Positions 17,910 to 27,004 of a DNA stretch of 53,063 nt are shown piece after piece (position 1 is the first letter of the stretch; each line of letters begins with the position of its first letter). Position numbers and translations under genes: made by a program. The DNA lies in contig JAAYNO010000093.1 of the NCBI GenBank assembly GCA_012520855.1, forward strand, positions 1-53,063, written 5' to 3'. Source of the stretch: Clostridiaceae bacterium (lineage in GTDB: Bacteria; Bacillota; Clostridia; DSM-8532). The notes below the pieces were generated by a model. The model saw nothing but the letters and a program-made list of their open reading frames with translations, had not been told where the DNA came from and did no database searches.

Positions 17910-19771
17910 GTCTGCTTTTTGAAAAAACTAAGGAAGTATTAAGAACCCTTTTGCCGGTTTTTATAATAGTGTTATTACTATGTTTTACTATAGTCGATGT
18001 TGAAACGGATGTTTTAGTACGTTTTATTGTCGGCAGCATTATGCTCTTATTAGGTCTTGCGGTTTTTTTGTGGGGTGTTGATCTCTCAATGAACCCAATT
18101 GGCGAGCATATGTCTTTGGAGGTAGCTACTTCCAAAACTCCCATTAAAATTGCGATCCTAAGCTTTTTACTGGGCTTTTTGATTACAGTTGCAGAGCCTG
18201 ATTTGCTTATCCTGGGCTCACAGGTCGAAGAAGCTTCCGGAGGTACTCTTGGTGCGTCGATCATAGTGTATATGGTATCCATTGGCGTGGGAGTAATGAT
18301 TTCATTAGGCGTATTCAGATTGCTGAGAGATAAACCATCCTTTAGTATGTTTATGGCAATAACCTATGGTGTGATTTTTATACTGACACCTTTTGTAGCC
18401 GAAGAATTTCTTGCCATCTCTTTTGACGCATCCGGCGCGACCACCGGTGCTCTTACCACTCCCTTTGTCCTTGCTATATCACTGGGGCTTTCTAAAATAA
18501 AAGGCGGCAAGAATGCTGAAGAAAACTCCTTCGGACTTGTCGGTGTCATGAGCTCAGGACCGATACTTGCGGTCATGCTTATGTCGATCTTATCGGGTCA
18601 GAAAAATATACAGGGTGAAGTCGTCGAGTATGTGATAGCAGAAGGTGTGCTGAGACCCATTATTAACAAGCTGCCAGGAGTTTTTATTGAATCCGTAATT
18701 GCACTCTTACCTATAATTGTTTTGTTTTTTATTTTTAATTTTATTAAATTCAAAATTCCAAAAGACGAACTTCTTGGGATCATTAACGGACTTATACTGA
18801 CACTGATAGGTCTTACTATATTCCTTACAGGTGTATATTCAGGCTTTATGGATATGGGAAGAATAATAGGTGTTGAGCTTGGAAAAATGAGTCCCTGGCT
18901 ACTGATTGGTATAGGCTTTATTCTAGGCCTTATTGTTGTTCTCGTTGAACCTGCAGTGCATGTGCTTGGTGAACAAATTGAAGAAGTTACAAGCGGTCAC
19001 ATTCCTATCAGCTTAATTCGGGGAACGCTGTCAATTGGTGTAGGTATTGCGATCGCCCTTTCAATGGTGAGAATAGTTGTGCCTGCAGTTAAACTGTGGT
19101 ATTTTCTTATCCCGGGATTTCTTATTGCAATGATACTCTCATTTAAATCTGACCCTGTTTTTGTGGGGATCGCTTATGATGCAGGCGGAGTTGCATCTGG
19201 TCCGATGACGGCAACATTTGTTCTTGCTTTTGCTCAGGGAGCAGCTACTATCATTGACACCGCAGATGTATTGGTGGATGGGTTCGGTGTTATTGCAATG
19301 GTAGCAATGGCTCCTGTGTTTTCCATAATGATTCTTGGAACTGTGTTCAGGCATAAAAGAATTGAATATCCCACCATTGAAAAGAAGCCTGTTGTTTCCT
19401 CCCATCTGGTTGAGGAAGTCAATATGGATCACGTGTGTATCATGGCTATTGTAAACAGGGGTTTGGCTGAAAAAGTGGTGGATGTAGCCCGTCAATCGGG
19501 TGCCAAAGGTGCGACAATAATGCGCGGCAGATGCACAGCTGAGCATCAGAAGGTATTACTGCCTATTATTAATATAGAATTACAACCGGAGAAAGAGATT
19601 ATTTGGTTTATCACGGGCACTCATGTAAGCAAGCCTATAGCAAATAGTCTATTAAATGATCCATTGCTTAATCAGGATGGTGAGATAATGGTATTCATAT
19701 CGCCTACGGAAGCCATGGTAAGATCTTTTACGACAATAAACGTCACAAATGATGCCGATCAGGCAACTTAA
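17906..19771 (+). CDS. Polytopic membrane protein with two DUF1538-like halves and a C-terminal PII-like domain
   Basis: Two internally similar membrane halves (FLLGFLITVAEPDLLILG and FILGLIVVLVEPAVHVLG). The C-terminal ~110 aa (CIMAIVNRGLAEKVVDVARQSGAKGATIM) repeat the PII-like pattern of the upstream gene. Confidence 0.6.
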   Translation: MSLLFEKTKEVLRTLLPVFIIVLLLCFTIVDVETDVLVRFIVGSIMLLLGLAVFLWGVDLSMNPIGEHMSLEVATSKTPIKIAILSFLLGFLITVAEPDLLILGSQVEEASGGTLGASIIVYMVSIGVGVMISLGVFRLLRDKPSFSMFMAITYGVIFILTPFVAEEFLAISFDASGATTGALTTPFVLAISLGLSKIKGGKNAEENSFGLVGVMSSGPILAVMLMSILSGQKNIQGEVVEYVIAEGVLRPIINKLPGVFIESVIALLPIIVLFFIFNFIKFKIPKDELLGIINGLILTLIGLTIFLTGVYSGFMDMGRIIGVELGKMSPWLLIGIGFILGLIVVLVEPAVHVLGEQIEEVTSGHIPISLIRGTLSIGVGIAIALSMVRIVVPAVKLWYFLIPGFLIAMILSFKSDPVFVGIAYDAGGVASGPMTATFVLAFAQGAATIIDTADVLVDGFGVIAMVAMAPVFSIMILGTVFRHKRIEYPTIEKKPVVSSHLVEEVNMDHVCIMAIVNRGLAEKVVDVARQSGAKGATIMRGRCTAEHQKVLLPIINIELQPEKEIIWFITGTHVSKPIANSLLNDPLLNQDGEIMVFISPTEAMVRSFTTINVTNDADQAT

Positions 19772-19794
19772 AGCCTGAAGAAAGCAATAAAATG

Positions 19795-19840
19795 ACCAGC
19801 CCTTTTACAGTTTACCTGCATAGGGCTGGTTTTATATTTT
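19795..19840 (+). terminator. Intrinsic terminator after the DUF1538 gene
   Basis: ACCAGCCC ...20 nt... GGGCTGGT followed by TTTATATTTT. Confidence 0.5.
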
Positions 19841-19845
19841 CTGTA

Positions 19846-20385
19846 TTATCCTACTCTTCTGGTATCCAGCTTCATCATCCTGCCTTCATATACCAGGCTG
19901 ATCCCCGGGATGACCGGTATTTCATCGGGTCTTACAAAACAGAACGGTTTATGAAAAGTAAAAATACCGGACTGGTGGAGTACCTTTGCCACGAATTCTG
20001 CACAAGTACATTTATATTCAGAGCTGAATGGTTTGTTAATCAATATCCCAAACAGACCCATCAAATTATAATGGTATTTTTGTGAGTTGCTTTTATACGT
20101 CTCCAGTATTTCGCAGACTTTATCGTAAACAGCATCAGCCACCTTTATGGCATATATGGCGCATTCTGTTTCAGGATAATATTTAAACATGCCCTGATTT
20201 ATCACTTCGGTGATAAATCCGCCGATTATCGGGAAATACCTTACTCTGCGGGCAAAGCTGTAAAACACCTGAAGAGAAGGATCAACACCTATTGACGCAT
20301 GATTATACTTCGCCTTTGTATATAGCTGTATCGATTTTGAAACCAGCGTGCCAACTTGAGTCAGCATTATGTAGATTTCTTTCAT
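19846..20385 (-). CDS. YiiX/YaeF-like permuted papain-fold (NlpC/P60 superfamily) hydrolase
   Basis: His precedes Cys (KYNHASIGV ... CTCAEFVAKVL), as in permuted NlpC/P60 enzymes. Start at MKEIYIM sits behind GGGAGAGG. Confidence 0.5.
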   Translation of the reverse strand: MKEIYIMLTQVGTLVSKSIQLYTKAKYNHASIGVDPSLQVFYSFARRVRYFPIIGGFITEVINQGMFKYYPETECAIYAIKVADAVYDKVCEILETYKSNSQKYHYNLMGLFGILINKPFSSEYKCTCAEFVAKVLHQSGIFTFHKPFCFVRPDEIPVIPGISLVYEGRMMKLDTRRVG

Positions 20386-20613
20386 GTCCTCTCCCAAACA
20401 TTTATATTTATTACACATTATTATACATGAAAAAAAATATAGTGACTACTGGGAATATTATTGAGTATTTAAACCAATAATTTACCTTATCTTCGATAAT
20501 TCTTTTCATTAAAATATTTAAATTGTTTTTTTGTCATTATATTGGTAAATACTTTAATCAAATCATTTTTTAGTATAAGATAATGTTGATTAAGTATTGG
20601 AGAAGGGTCTTAT

Positions 20614-21603
20614 ATGAAAAAGAAAAAACATCCGGTAAAGAAAATACTATTATTTTCCGGATTGGTCATCGCAACTGCTGTTGTTGTTTTTTCTATAACA
20701 ATGGCATTAAACATGCGCCCTCCGGAGGGTAATAAAACAATAAACCGTACGGGCAGGGTAAGCAATGATATTGAAGTAATCATAGAAGATGACATTCCGC
20801 CGCAAACGCCAAAGAAACAGGTATATACTTTTCTGGTAGCAGGGCTGGATAAGACATCGGTCAGCACTGATGTGATCATGCTGGTCAAGCTTGATATTAC
20901 AAATAAAAATATCAATATACTGAATATTCCCCGTGACACTATGCTTGACACAGAGAGAAGATCAAAAAAAATAAATGCTTCCTTTTCGGCCGGCGGCGTT
21001 GAGTTGTTTGAAGAAGATGTGGCAAGCCTTACAGGATTTTATGTTAACAGATATGTTATATTCGACATTAAAGGGGTAGAAAAAATTATCAACGCTATAG
21101 GAGGCGTCTGGTTTGATGTTCATCGAAATATGAATTATGAAGACCCTACCCAGGATTTATATATCCACTTAAAAAAAGGGTACCAGCATCTGGACGGAGA
21201 ACAGGCCGTCGATCTGGCAAGGTTCAGATCATATCCGGAAGGCGATATAGAGCGTATCGCCATACAGCAGAAGCTTTTAAAAGCACTTGCAAAACAAGCT
21301 CTTAAAACCGAGAATATTCTTAAAATCCCGGAGCTTGTAGCCTTGGTTTGCGATAATGTTGATACCGATATAGATATAAGTGAGATGCTATGGCTTGCCA
21401 ATGAGGTAAAAAATTTCTCATTTGATGATATCCATACAGATATCGTTCCGGGAACTGCCGACACCATTGATCGGATTTCCTATTGGCTGCCCTATAAAGA
21501 TGAGCTTCTGGATCTGATAAATTCCAGATATAATCCATTGGATTCACCAATTACCGAAGATGACATAAAAATTGTCCCCTATAAAGCAAATAAAGGTAAA
21601 TAA
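20614..21603 (+). CDS. LCP (LytR-CpsA-Psr) family cell-wall glycopolymer transferase
   Basis: N-terminal TM anchor. Motifs FLVAGLDK...TDVIMLVKLD and LNIPRDT. RFR and DIERI motifs also present. Confidence 0.8.
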   Translation: MKKKKHPVKKILLFSGLVIATAVVVFSITMALNMRPPEGNKTINRTGRVSNDIEVIIEDDIPPQTPKKQVYTFLVAGLDKTSVSTDVIMLVKLDITNKNINILNIPRDTMLDTERRSKKINASFSAGGVELFEEDVASLTGFYVNRYVIFDIKGVEKIINAIGGVWFDVHRNMNYEDPTQDLYIHLKKGYQHLDGEQAVDLARFRSYPEGDIERIAIQQKLLKALAKQALKTENILKIPELVALVCDNVDTDIDISEMLWLANEVKNFSFDDIHTDIVPGTADTIDRISYWLPYKDELLDLINSRYNPLDSPITEDDIKIVPYKANKGK

Positions 21604-21760
21604 TTTGATTTTAATCACATTATATATACCGTATCCAGGGTATAATATCTGTAGACCTAAAATCTTTGGAACAAATTAGCAATCAGGCTGTCTGCAATCT
21701 TGCAGGTCTGTCCTGTTTATGTTGAAAGAATTAAATTTAAACAGTAAAGGAGTAGTTAGT

Positions 21761-21955
21761 ATGAGAGCATGGATTGATAGAGACGGATGTATTTCGTGCG
21801 GTCTATGTCCGACAATTTGCCCTGAGGTTTTCAGAATGGCAGATGATGGACTTGCAGAAGTCTATGTGGATGAAGTTCCCGAGGATTTCAAGGATACAGC
21901 TCAGGAAGCAGCAGAAAGCTGCCCGGTCAGTGTAATTCATATAGAGGATGATTAG
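21761..21955 (+). CDS. Small single-cluster ferredoxin
   Basis: 64 aa with CISCGLCPTICP plus a distal CPV. RBS AAAGGAG. Confidence 0.8.
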   Translation: MRAWIDRDGCISCGLCPTICPEVFRMADDGLAEVYVDEVPEDFKDTAQEAAESCPVSVIHIEDD

Positions 21956-22003
21956 GGCTTATGATCGCAGATATGGCCGCATCGCCTTTATTGGCGAACA
22001 GCA

Positions 22004-22032
22004 GGGGGCGTTGACCGCCTCCTTTTATTTTT
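22004..22032 (+). terminator. Hairpin plus T-run after the ferredoxin gene
   Basis: GGGGGCG TTGAC CGCCTCC followed by TTTTATTTTT. Confidence 0.45.
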
Positions 22033-22194
22033 CTATGACCTCAGATATATAAAAATCGCTGCGCCCATTGAGACAAAAACAAGCAGCACCGAACCTAAAG
22101 AAGCGGCTTTATTTTTCTGCCATATCTGTTTTGCATAACTAAAGGTATAAACAGATGATAAAATAATATATAAAAAACCCGCGTAAATACTCAT
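22033..22194 (-). CDS. 53-aa two-TM membrane peptide translationally coupled to gerC (candidate germinant-receptor D-type subunit)
   Basis: Not in the ORF track because it is under 60 aa. Its ATG overlaps the gerC stop (ATGA). Translation: MSIYAGFLYIILSSVYTFSYAKQIWQKNKAASLGSVLLVFVSMGAAIFIYLRS. Confidence 0.4.
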   Translation of the reverse strand: MSIYAGFLYIILSSVYTFSYAKQIWQKNKAASLGSVLLVFVSMGAAIFIYLRS

Positions 22195-23471
22195 TCTTTA
22201 CCCTCCGATGAAATAATAGGTTCACTGTCTATTATTTTCCCCGTCCTTCTTATAGTAAATGTCACTTTGGCATCAAATTCTGATACCGGAAACCTCTCAA
22301 CCCAATTGTATTCTTCCCATTGGGGTATAGTCCAAAATTGTCTTATTGCTGTTCTCCCGAAATCAAAAATATCGACCTTCAACTCTTGTGCTTTTAAAAA
22401 GGTCCGTTTTATACCACTTTCAATAAATTTCTCAAAGACTTGTTCCAAAACCTGGTTCATTTTTAAGTCCTCGTAATGTATCCGGCTTGGAATCGAGGTT
22501 ATATCGCCTTCCAGTTTGATCTCCACATGAATTTTGGGTTTGTATTCGCTTAAGTCAATTTTAATTTTAGGCTTTTCGAACTCCTTTACTTCAATTGGTA
22601 TAATCTTATCAGGTGACAACGGGTCCTGGATTGTGAACGCCGCTCGTTTCAAGGTGCCGTGAATAATACGTACCATCTGGGTTTCAAATCCGGTTAGCGT
22701 TCCTACCATTTTGTCACCATCAAATATGGCAGAGCCAAACAGCTCGATTTTGGGTCCTCCCTTAACAGGAGTATCTCCTGCAAGATAGTCACCGGGGATT
22801 TTATAACCATCAAATCCGGATCCATCCTCTTTCAGGTTTTTGCCGTCATTGACAGCGCCATAATTACACAAAAACTGGGTTGTTGGCGATTTGATCCTGT
22901 TGTACATATCCCTGAAAGTAAAATCAGGGATAAACCCGGTATTTTCAGATCTCATTGCTAATTCCTCAATGTTTTCAGTTATTAATCCTCCCTGAAACGG
23001 CTTTATAGCCCTGATAAATTCCTGCGCCGTTCCCTTGCATATGATCACGCTTGTGATACCGCGTATCTGTCGGTATCTCATAAGCCCTGCCACTATTTCC
23101 CCCGCTTTACCGCTTTGCGCTATTTTTTCTGAGACAATTATGGCCTTCATATGCATAAAGTTTAAAAGCTTAGGTATGCTGCTGTTTAGTATTGCCACAC
23201 CTGTCAAAAGGGATGATGTTTCCAGTGTAATAACTTCCTTTTCGGTTATTTCTTCTTCATCTCCGCCATCTCCGCCCCCGCTGTCGGTTCCGCTTCCGCT
23301 GATTTTGAACTCGGGAATATGAAAAGTCAGCCGTAATTTATCGGTCACGCCTTCATCGATCCCCATCATAGAAACATATGCATAATCCCCTACCTCTCTT
23401 GCATCGAAGCAAGAGGAAAAAAGTAACGACAAGAAAATTATGAAAACTGAAAGAATTAACTTTTTACCCAC
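22191..23471 (-). CDS. Spore germination receptor C subunit (Ger(x)C family lipoprotein)
   Basis: Lipobox LFSSC. Ger(x)C-type length. Overlaps the B-subunit gene by 8 nt. Confidence 0.8.
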   Translation of the reverse strand: MGKKLILSVFIIFLSLLFSSCFDAREVGDYAYVSMMGIDEGVTDKLRLTFHIPEFKISGSGTDSGGGDGGDEEEITEKEVITLETSSLLTGVAILNSSIPKLLNFMHMKAIIVSEKIAQSGKAGEIVAGLMRYRQIRGITSVIICKGTAQEFIRAIKPFQGGLITENIEELAMRSENTGFIPDFTFRDMYNRIKSPTTQFLCNYGAVNDGKNLKEDGSGFDGYKIPGDYLAGDTPVKGGPKIELFGSAIFDGDKMVGTLTGFETQMVRIIHGTLKRAAFTIQDPLSPDKIIPIEVKEFEKPKIKIDLSEYKPKIHVEIKLEGDITSIPSRIHYEDLKMNQVLEQVFEKFIESGIKRTFLKAQELKVDIFDFGRTAIRQFWTIPQWEEYNWVERFPVSEFDAKVTFTIRRTGKIIDSEPIISSEGKE

Positions 23472-24564
23472 TTTCAGACGCCCCCTTCTTTTTTCTTATA
23501 ACAGCGATGATCAAAACAAAAATAGACGGCAAAAAATACAGGATCCAGCCCCATGTCCTTATTGTTTGAACATAGCCTGAAAAAACATCGTGGATCCCTT
23601 TAGGTATAAGGTTAAGGCAGAAAAGTAAAGTTCCCATCGGCAATATAACAGGCCGCTTGTCAGTTATTCTGAAAATATGGCAATAAATCATCAGGGCTCC
23701 ATAGAATAGAGCTGCAACCTCAATAAAGCTGGTGAAATTCCAAAGAAATACGAAAATCGGTTCCAAATGCTGCAGGAATCCCCCCAGATGTACGTTAGCC
23801 GCCATTGCGTACATGGGAGATGCCAGTTCATGCGCCGTAGAGTATGGAAAAACCATGCCGAAAGAAAATAAGGATAAGCTTGTTATTAATCCTGATATAA
23901 AAATACCATATAATCCGATTTTTTTAATTTCTTTTGCTCCCTGTAAAGATACTGCAATGATGCCTAAAAGCGCTGCATCGCCATAAAAAGAGCACCGGAG
24001 AATCCCGTTTATAATCGTTTTATCAATGCCTCTTCCCAGTATTGGGAACAATCTGTGCATCCTGAAATTCGGAATTGATAACAAAACTACAATAATAAAT
24101 CCTGCACCTAAAAGATAAATCAATAATTTGGCATAGCGAGCCAGAGTTTCAAGCCCGGCAAAGGCAAGCGAGACAACGCTTAGCAAAAATATAGCCATAA
24201 TATAGCTCGGAGGGCTTTCAGGAAGCACAAACACCTTCAATATTTCTGTAAATTCTCTCATGTTTATGCTCGCAATAATCAATAAAAAAGCACAGAAGAC
24301 AAATGAAAGCAATGAGCCTGCAAATCTACCAAGCACTATATCATTGATTTCCATTATATTTTTTCCGGAAAAGCGCTTCAGAACCAAATACAGAAACAAA
24401 AACATAAGGGCAGCCACAGCAGCCGAGATCAAAGTCATATACCAACCCGCTGTACCGACAAGTTTCGTTACCGATGAAGGACTGGTAAAAAATGCTTTTG
24501 ATGATATAGTAATCACTATCAGGCTAGTGGCTTCCTTATATCCGAATTTGCCTTCTTTCAGCAT
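23464..24564 (-). CDS. Spore germination receptor B subunit (GerAB/APC-superfamily permease-like)
   Basis: 366 aa with 10 TM segments. N-terminus KEGKFGYKEATSLIVITISSKAF is typical of the family. Its start abuts the A-subunit stop. Confidence 0.8.
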   Translation of the reverse strand: MLKEGKFGYKEATSLIVITISSKAFFTSPSSVTKLVGTAGWYMTLISAAVAALMFLFLYLVLKRFSGKNIMEINDIVLGRFAGSLLSFVFCAFLLIIASINMREFTEILKVFVLPESPPSYIMAIFLLSVVSLAFAGLETLARYAKLLIYLLGAGFIIVVLLSIPNFRMHRLFPILGRGIDKTIINGILRCSFYGDAALLGIIAVSLQGAKEIKKIGLYGIFISGLITSLSLFSFGMVFPYSTAHELASPMYAMAANVHLGGFLQHLEPIFVFLWNFTSFIEVAALFYGALMIYCHIFRITDKRPVILPMGTLLFCLNLIPKGIHDVFSGYVQTIRTWGWILYFLPSIFVLIIAVIRKKKGASESG

Positions 24565-26814
24565 TTACCGTTCCTCCTGATCTTTTGTTGTCTTCCAGCC
24601 TCTTGGTTCATTGCCCATTTGCATATCATTTTCAGTATTTAGGAAATCCGGTCTTTCCTTTTGATTGTATATCGGGCTTCGAAGAATCAAATCTTTATTT
24701 CGGTTCGTCGAAGGGGCATATGGGGTAAAGAAGGGAACCCCAAAGGATTTCATGCTGAGTGCCAGGGCGAACATTATGGTTATGCCTGCGGAGATCCCGT
24801 AAAAACCTCCTAAAAAACCGAAAATAATCAAAATAAAGCGAATTATACGAACCCCTAGTGAAAGAGAGTAATTTGGAATGGCAAAGCTGCCCAAACCTGA
24901 TACGGCAACAATAATTATCAATATAGGGCTTACAAGTCCGGCCTGAACCGCTGCCTGACCTAAAATGAGGGCTCCAATTATACCCAGAGTGTTTCCTGTA
25001 ACACCTGGAACGCGTATCCCGCCTTCTCTTATCAGTTCAAATGAAAATTCCATCAGGAGAAGCTCAATTATTGTTGGAAAAGGAACGGCGGCACGAGATA
25101 CGATTATTGAAGATAATAAGGATGTCGGGATCATTTCCTGATGGAATAGTATCAGGCCGGTGTACATTCCTGGAAGCAATGCCGCAAGTAATATCCCTAT
25201 TATCCTGACCAGCCTCATAAACGTTCCGTATTGCCATCTGACATTGGATTCCTCCGAGGTATGATACAGATCAAAAAAAGTTATAGGCATGGCAAGAGCA
25301 AAAGGAGTACCTTCACAAATCAGAACCGCTTTGCCATCCATCAAGAATGATCCGACACGGTCAGGTCTTTCTGTAGAAATAACCTGAGGGAAGATCATTA
25401 ATGATTTGTCCTCTATAAGCTGTTCCAGCATACCGCTGCCTGAAACATATTCAACATCCAGGCTGTTAACACGCCTTTTTATCTCTTTGATTATCCTGGG
25501 GTTAGTTATTCCATCAATATATAGTAATGCAGCAAGTATGTTGTTTGCTTTACTGATTATCTTGAATTCGGTTATCAGATCCTCATTTTTTATGATTCTT
25601 CTTACCAATGTAATATTGGTACGCATGTTTTCGGTAAATCCTTCCTGAGATCCTTGCACGACTGTTTCAGTAACCGGAGATCCTATGCTTCTGGTTTCAA
25701 AGCCGCGGCTTTCCATGACTATGCATTCATCACAACCGTCAATCAATATAATGGTTAAGCCGCTTAATATCTGCGGGATTATTTCCTTATAATTTTTCAT
25801 CCTTACCATCTGATGAACGGGTAACACGTTTTTTTCAATGAAATCAAGAGGACAGCCCCCCTCGAAATCGCAAAACGGATCAATATCCATAAGCTGAGGC
25901 AGGGTGAACTCGACTATGATGGATTTATCGATCATGCCGTCAATAAATACAACACAAGCAGGGATCTTATGGGCTATATTAAATTCACGGAAGATAACAT
26001 CCTGGTTTTTCGGTACATGAAATCTTTTTTTAAGGTATTCAATATTTTCATCAAGCGATGTACTGACCTTTTTATCGCTCTCTTGCTCGTAGGTTTTACC
26101 ATTTCCGCCATCACTTTTTTTATCTTCGTCTTTACTGTTATCGTTCTCTTTTTTTGTTTTATCTTCTTCGTTGCCTTCTTTTGTCTTATTGTTTTCATCT
26201 TCAACTTTTGGGGGCTCATCATTATATTTTGCCTTTTTATTTTCCTTATGCTTCCTGCCTCTACGAGCAGCCAGCTTGTCAATTGATTTAGGTATCAATA
26301 TTTTTGGAGCTATTGGCATAGTTTCTTTGTCCGACATATCGGATTTTTTGTTTTTTTCATTGTTATTTTCATTATCTTTAATGCTTGATCCAATTATATT
26401 CAAGAGCTTATTCTGAACATCAAGCTGGGTTTTCAGGTATTCCTTCTCCTTTTCTTCTTCCTGTTTACTCTGGTCTTTTATTTCCGCCGATTGGTTTTCC
26501 TCCTGTTCCTTCGGTGCTTCCTTCTGTTCATTTTCTTCCTGACCTGTCTGGCTATCTCCAGCTTTTTTCTGCTGACCTTTTTGTACCGTCTGGTCACCTC
26601 CCTCGGCCTGTTCCTGCTTTTCTGCCGGATCACCTTCCTCTTGTTCTCCCGATTTTGCTTGCTCTTTATTTTCCTTCTTCTGATTATTTCTATTATCCTG
26701 TTTTTTACCCCAACTGGATGATTCGGCTGGATCCTCAAGAAGTTCGAATCCCATTTCCATGTCAGTTTTTGAGGGCTCTTCATATACAAAAAGCTTCTTT
26801 ATGAATTTTAACAT
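24565..26814 (-). CDS. Spore germination receptor A subunit (GerA family) with a ~255-aa low-complexity N-terminal extension
   Basis: The C-terminal ~490 aa is GerA-like (NVLPVHQM, ESRGFETRSI, PDRVGSFL, 4 to 5 TM). The N-terminus is K/E/Q/N-rich. Confidence 0.8.
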   Translation of the reverse strand: MLKFIKKLFVYEEPSKTDMEMGFELLEDPAESSSWGKKQDNRNNQKKENKEQAKSGEQEEGDPAEKQEQAEGGDQTVQKGQQKKAGDSQTGQEENEQKEAPKEQEENQSAEIKDQSKQEEEKEKEYLKTQLDVQNKLLNIIGSSIKDNENNNEKNKKSDMSDKETMPIAPKILIPKSIDKLAARRGRKHKENKKAKYNDEPPKVEDENNKTKEGNEEDKTKKENDNSKDEDKKSDGGNGKTYEQESDKKVSTSLDENIEYLKKRFHVPKNQDVIFREFNIAHKIPACVVFIDGMIDKSIIVEFTLPQLMDIDPFCDFEGGCPLDFIEKNVLPVHQMVRMKNYKEIIPQILSGLTIILIDGCDECIVMESRGFETRSIGSPVTETVVQGSQEGFTENMRTNITLVRRIIKNEDLITEFKIISKANNILAALLYIDGITNPRIIKEIKRRVNSLDVEYVSGSGMLEQLIEDKSLMIFPQVISTERPDRVGSFLMDGKAVLICEGTPFALAMPITFFDLYHTSEESNVRWQYGTFMRLVRIIGILLAALLPGMYTGLILFHQEMIPTSLLSSIIVSRAAVPFPTIIELLLMEFSFELIREGGIRVPGVTGNTLGIIGALILGQAAVQAGLVSPILIIIVAVSGLGSFAIPNYSLSLGVRIIRFILIIFGFLGGFYGISAGITIMFALALSMKSFGVPFFTPYAPSTNRNKDLILRSPIYNQKERPDFLNTENDMQMGNEPRGWKTTKDQEER

Positions 26815-27004
26815 AAGGCGGCACCATCCTTATTTATCTGATCATTACAAGAATCATTATTTGCGTTTGAGGTTTATATTATCCAATATAAAGAAAGCTT
26901 ATTATACAGCCATCATATTGCATAAAAAACTTGACCTGACTGAATTATGGGATACAATAAAATAGTATATTCAAGTATGAAACTGAGAGGATAGAGTTTG
27001 ATAA

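Noticed and set aside
25969-26804. Cluster of overlapping ORFs on both strands in the track (for example 25969..26286 +, 25974..26282 -, 26385..26804 +, 26478..26789 -, 26491..26721 +)
   Set aside because: All lie inside the low-complexity K/E/Q-rich 5' part of the gerA-family gene. The purine-rich repetitive sequence suppresses stop codons in several frames. Their translations are low-complexity or Leu/Phe-rich nonsense, and none has an RBS.
26815-27004. Forespore (sigma-G type) promoter upstream of the gerA-family operon
   Set aside because: This was expected biologically, but I could not find a convincing GHATR-17/18-CATxxTA match by eye, so no call was made.
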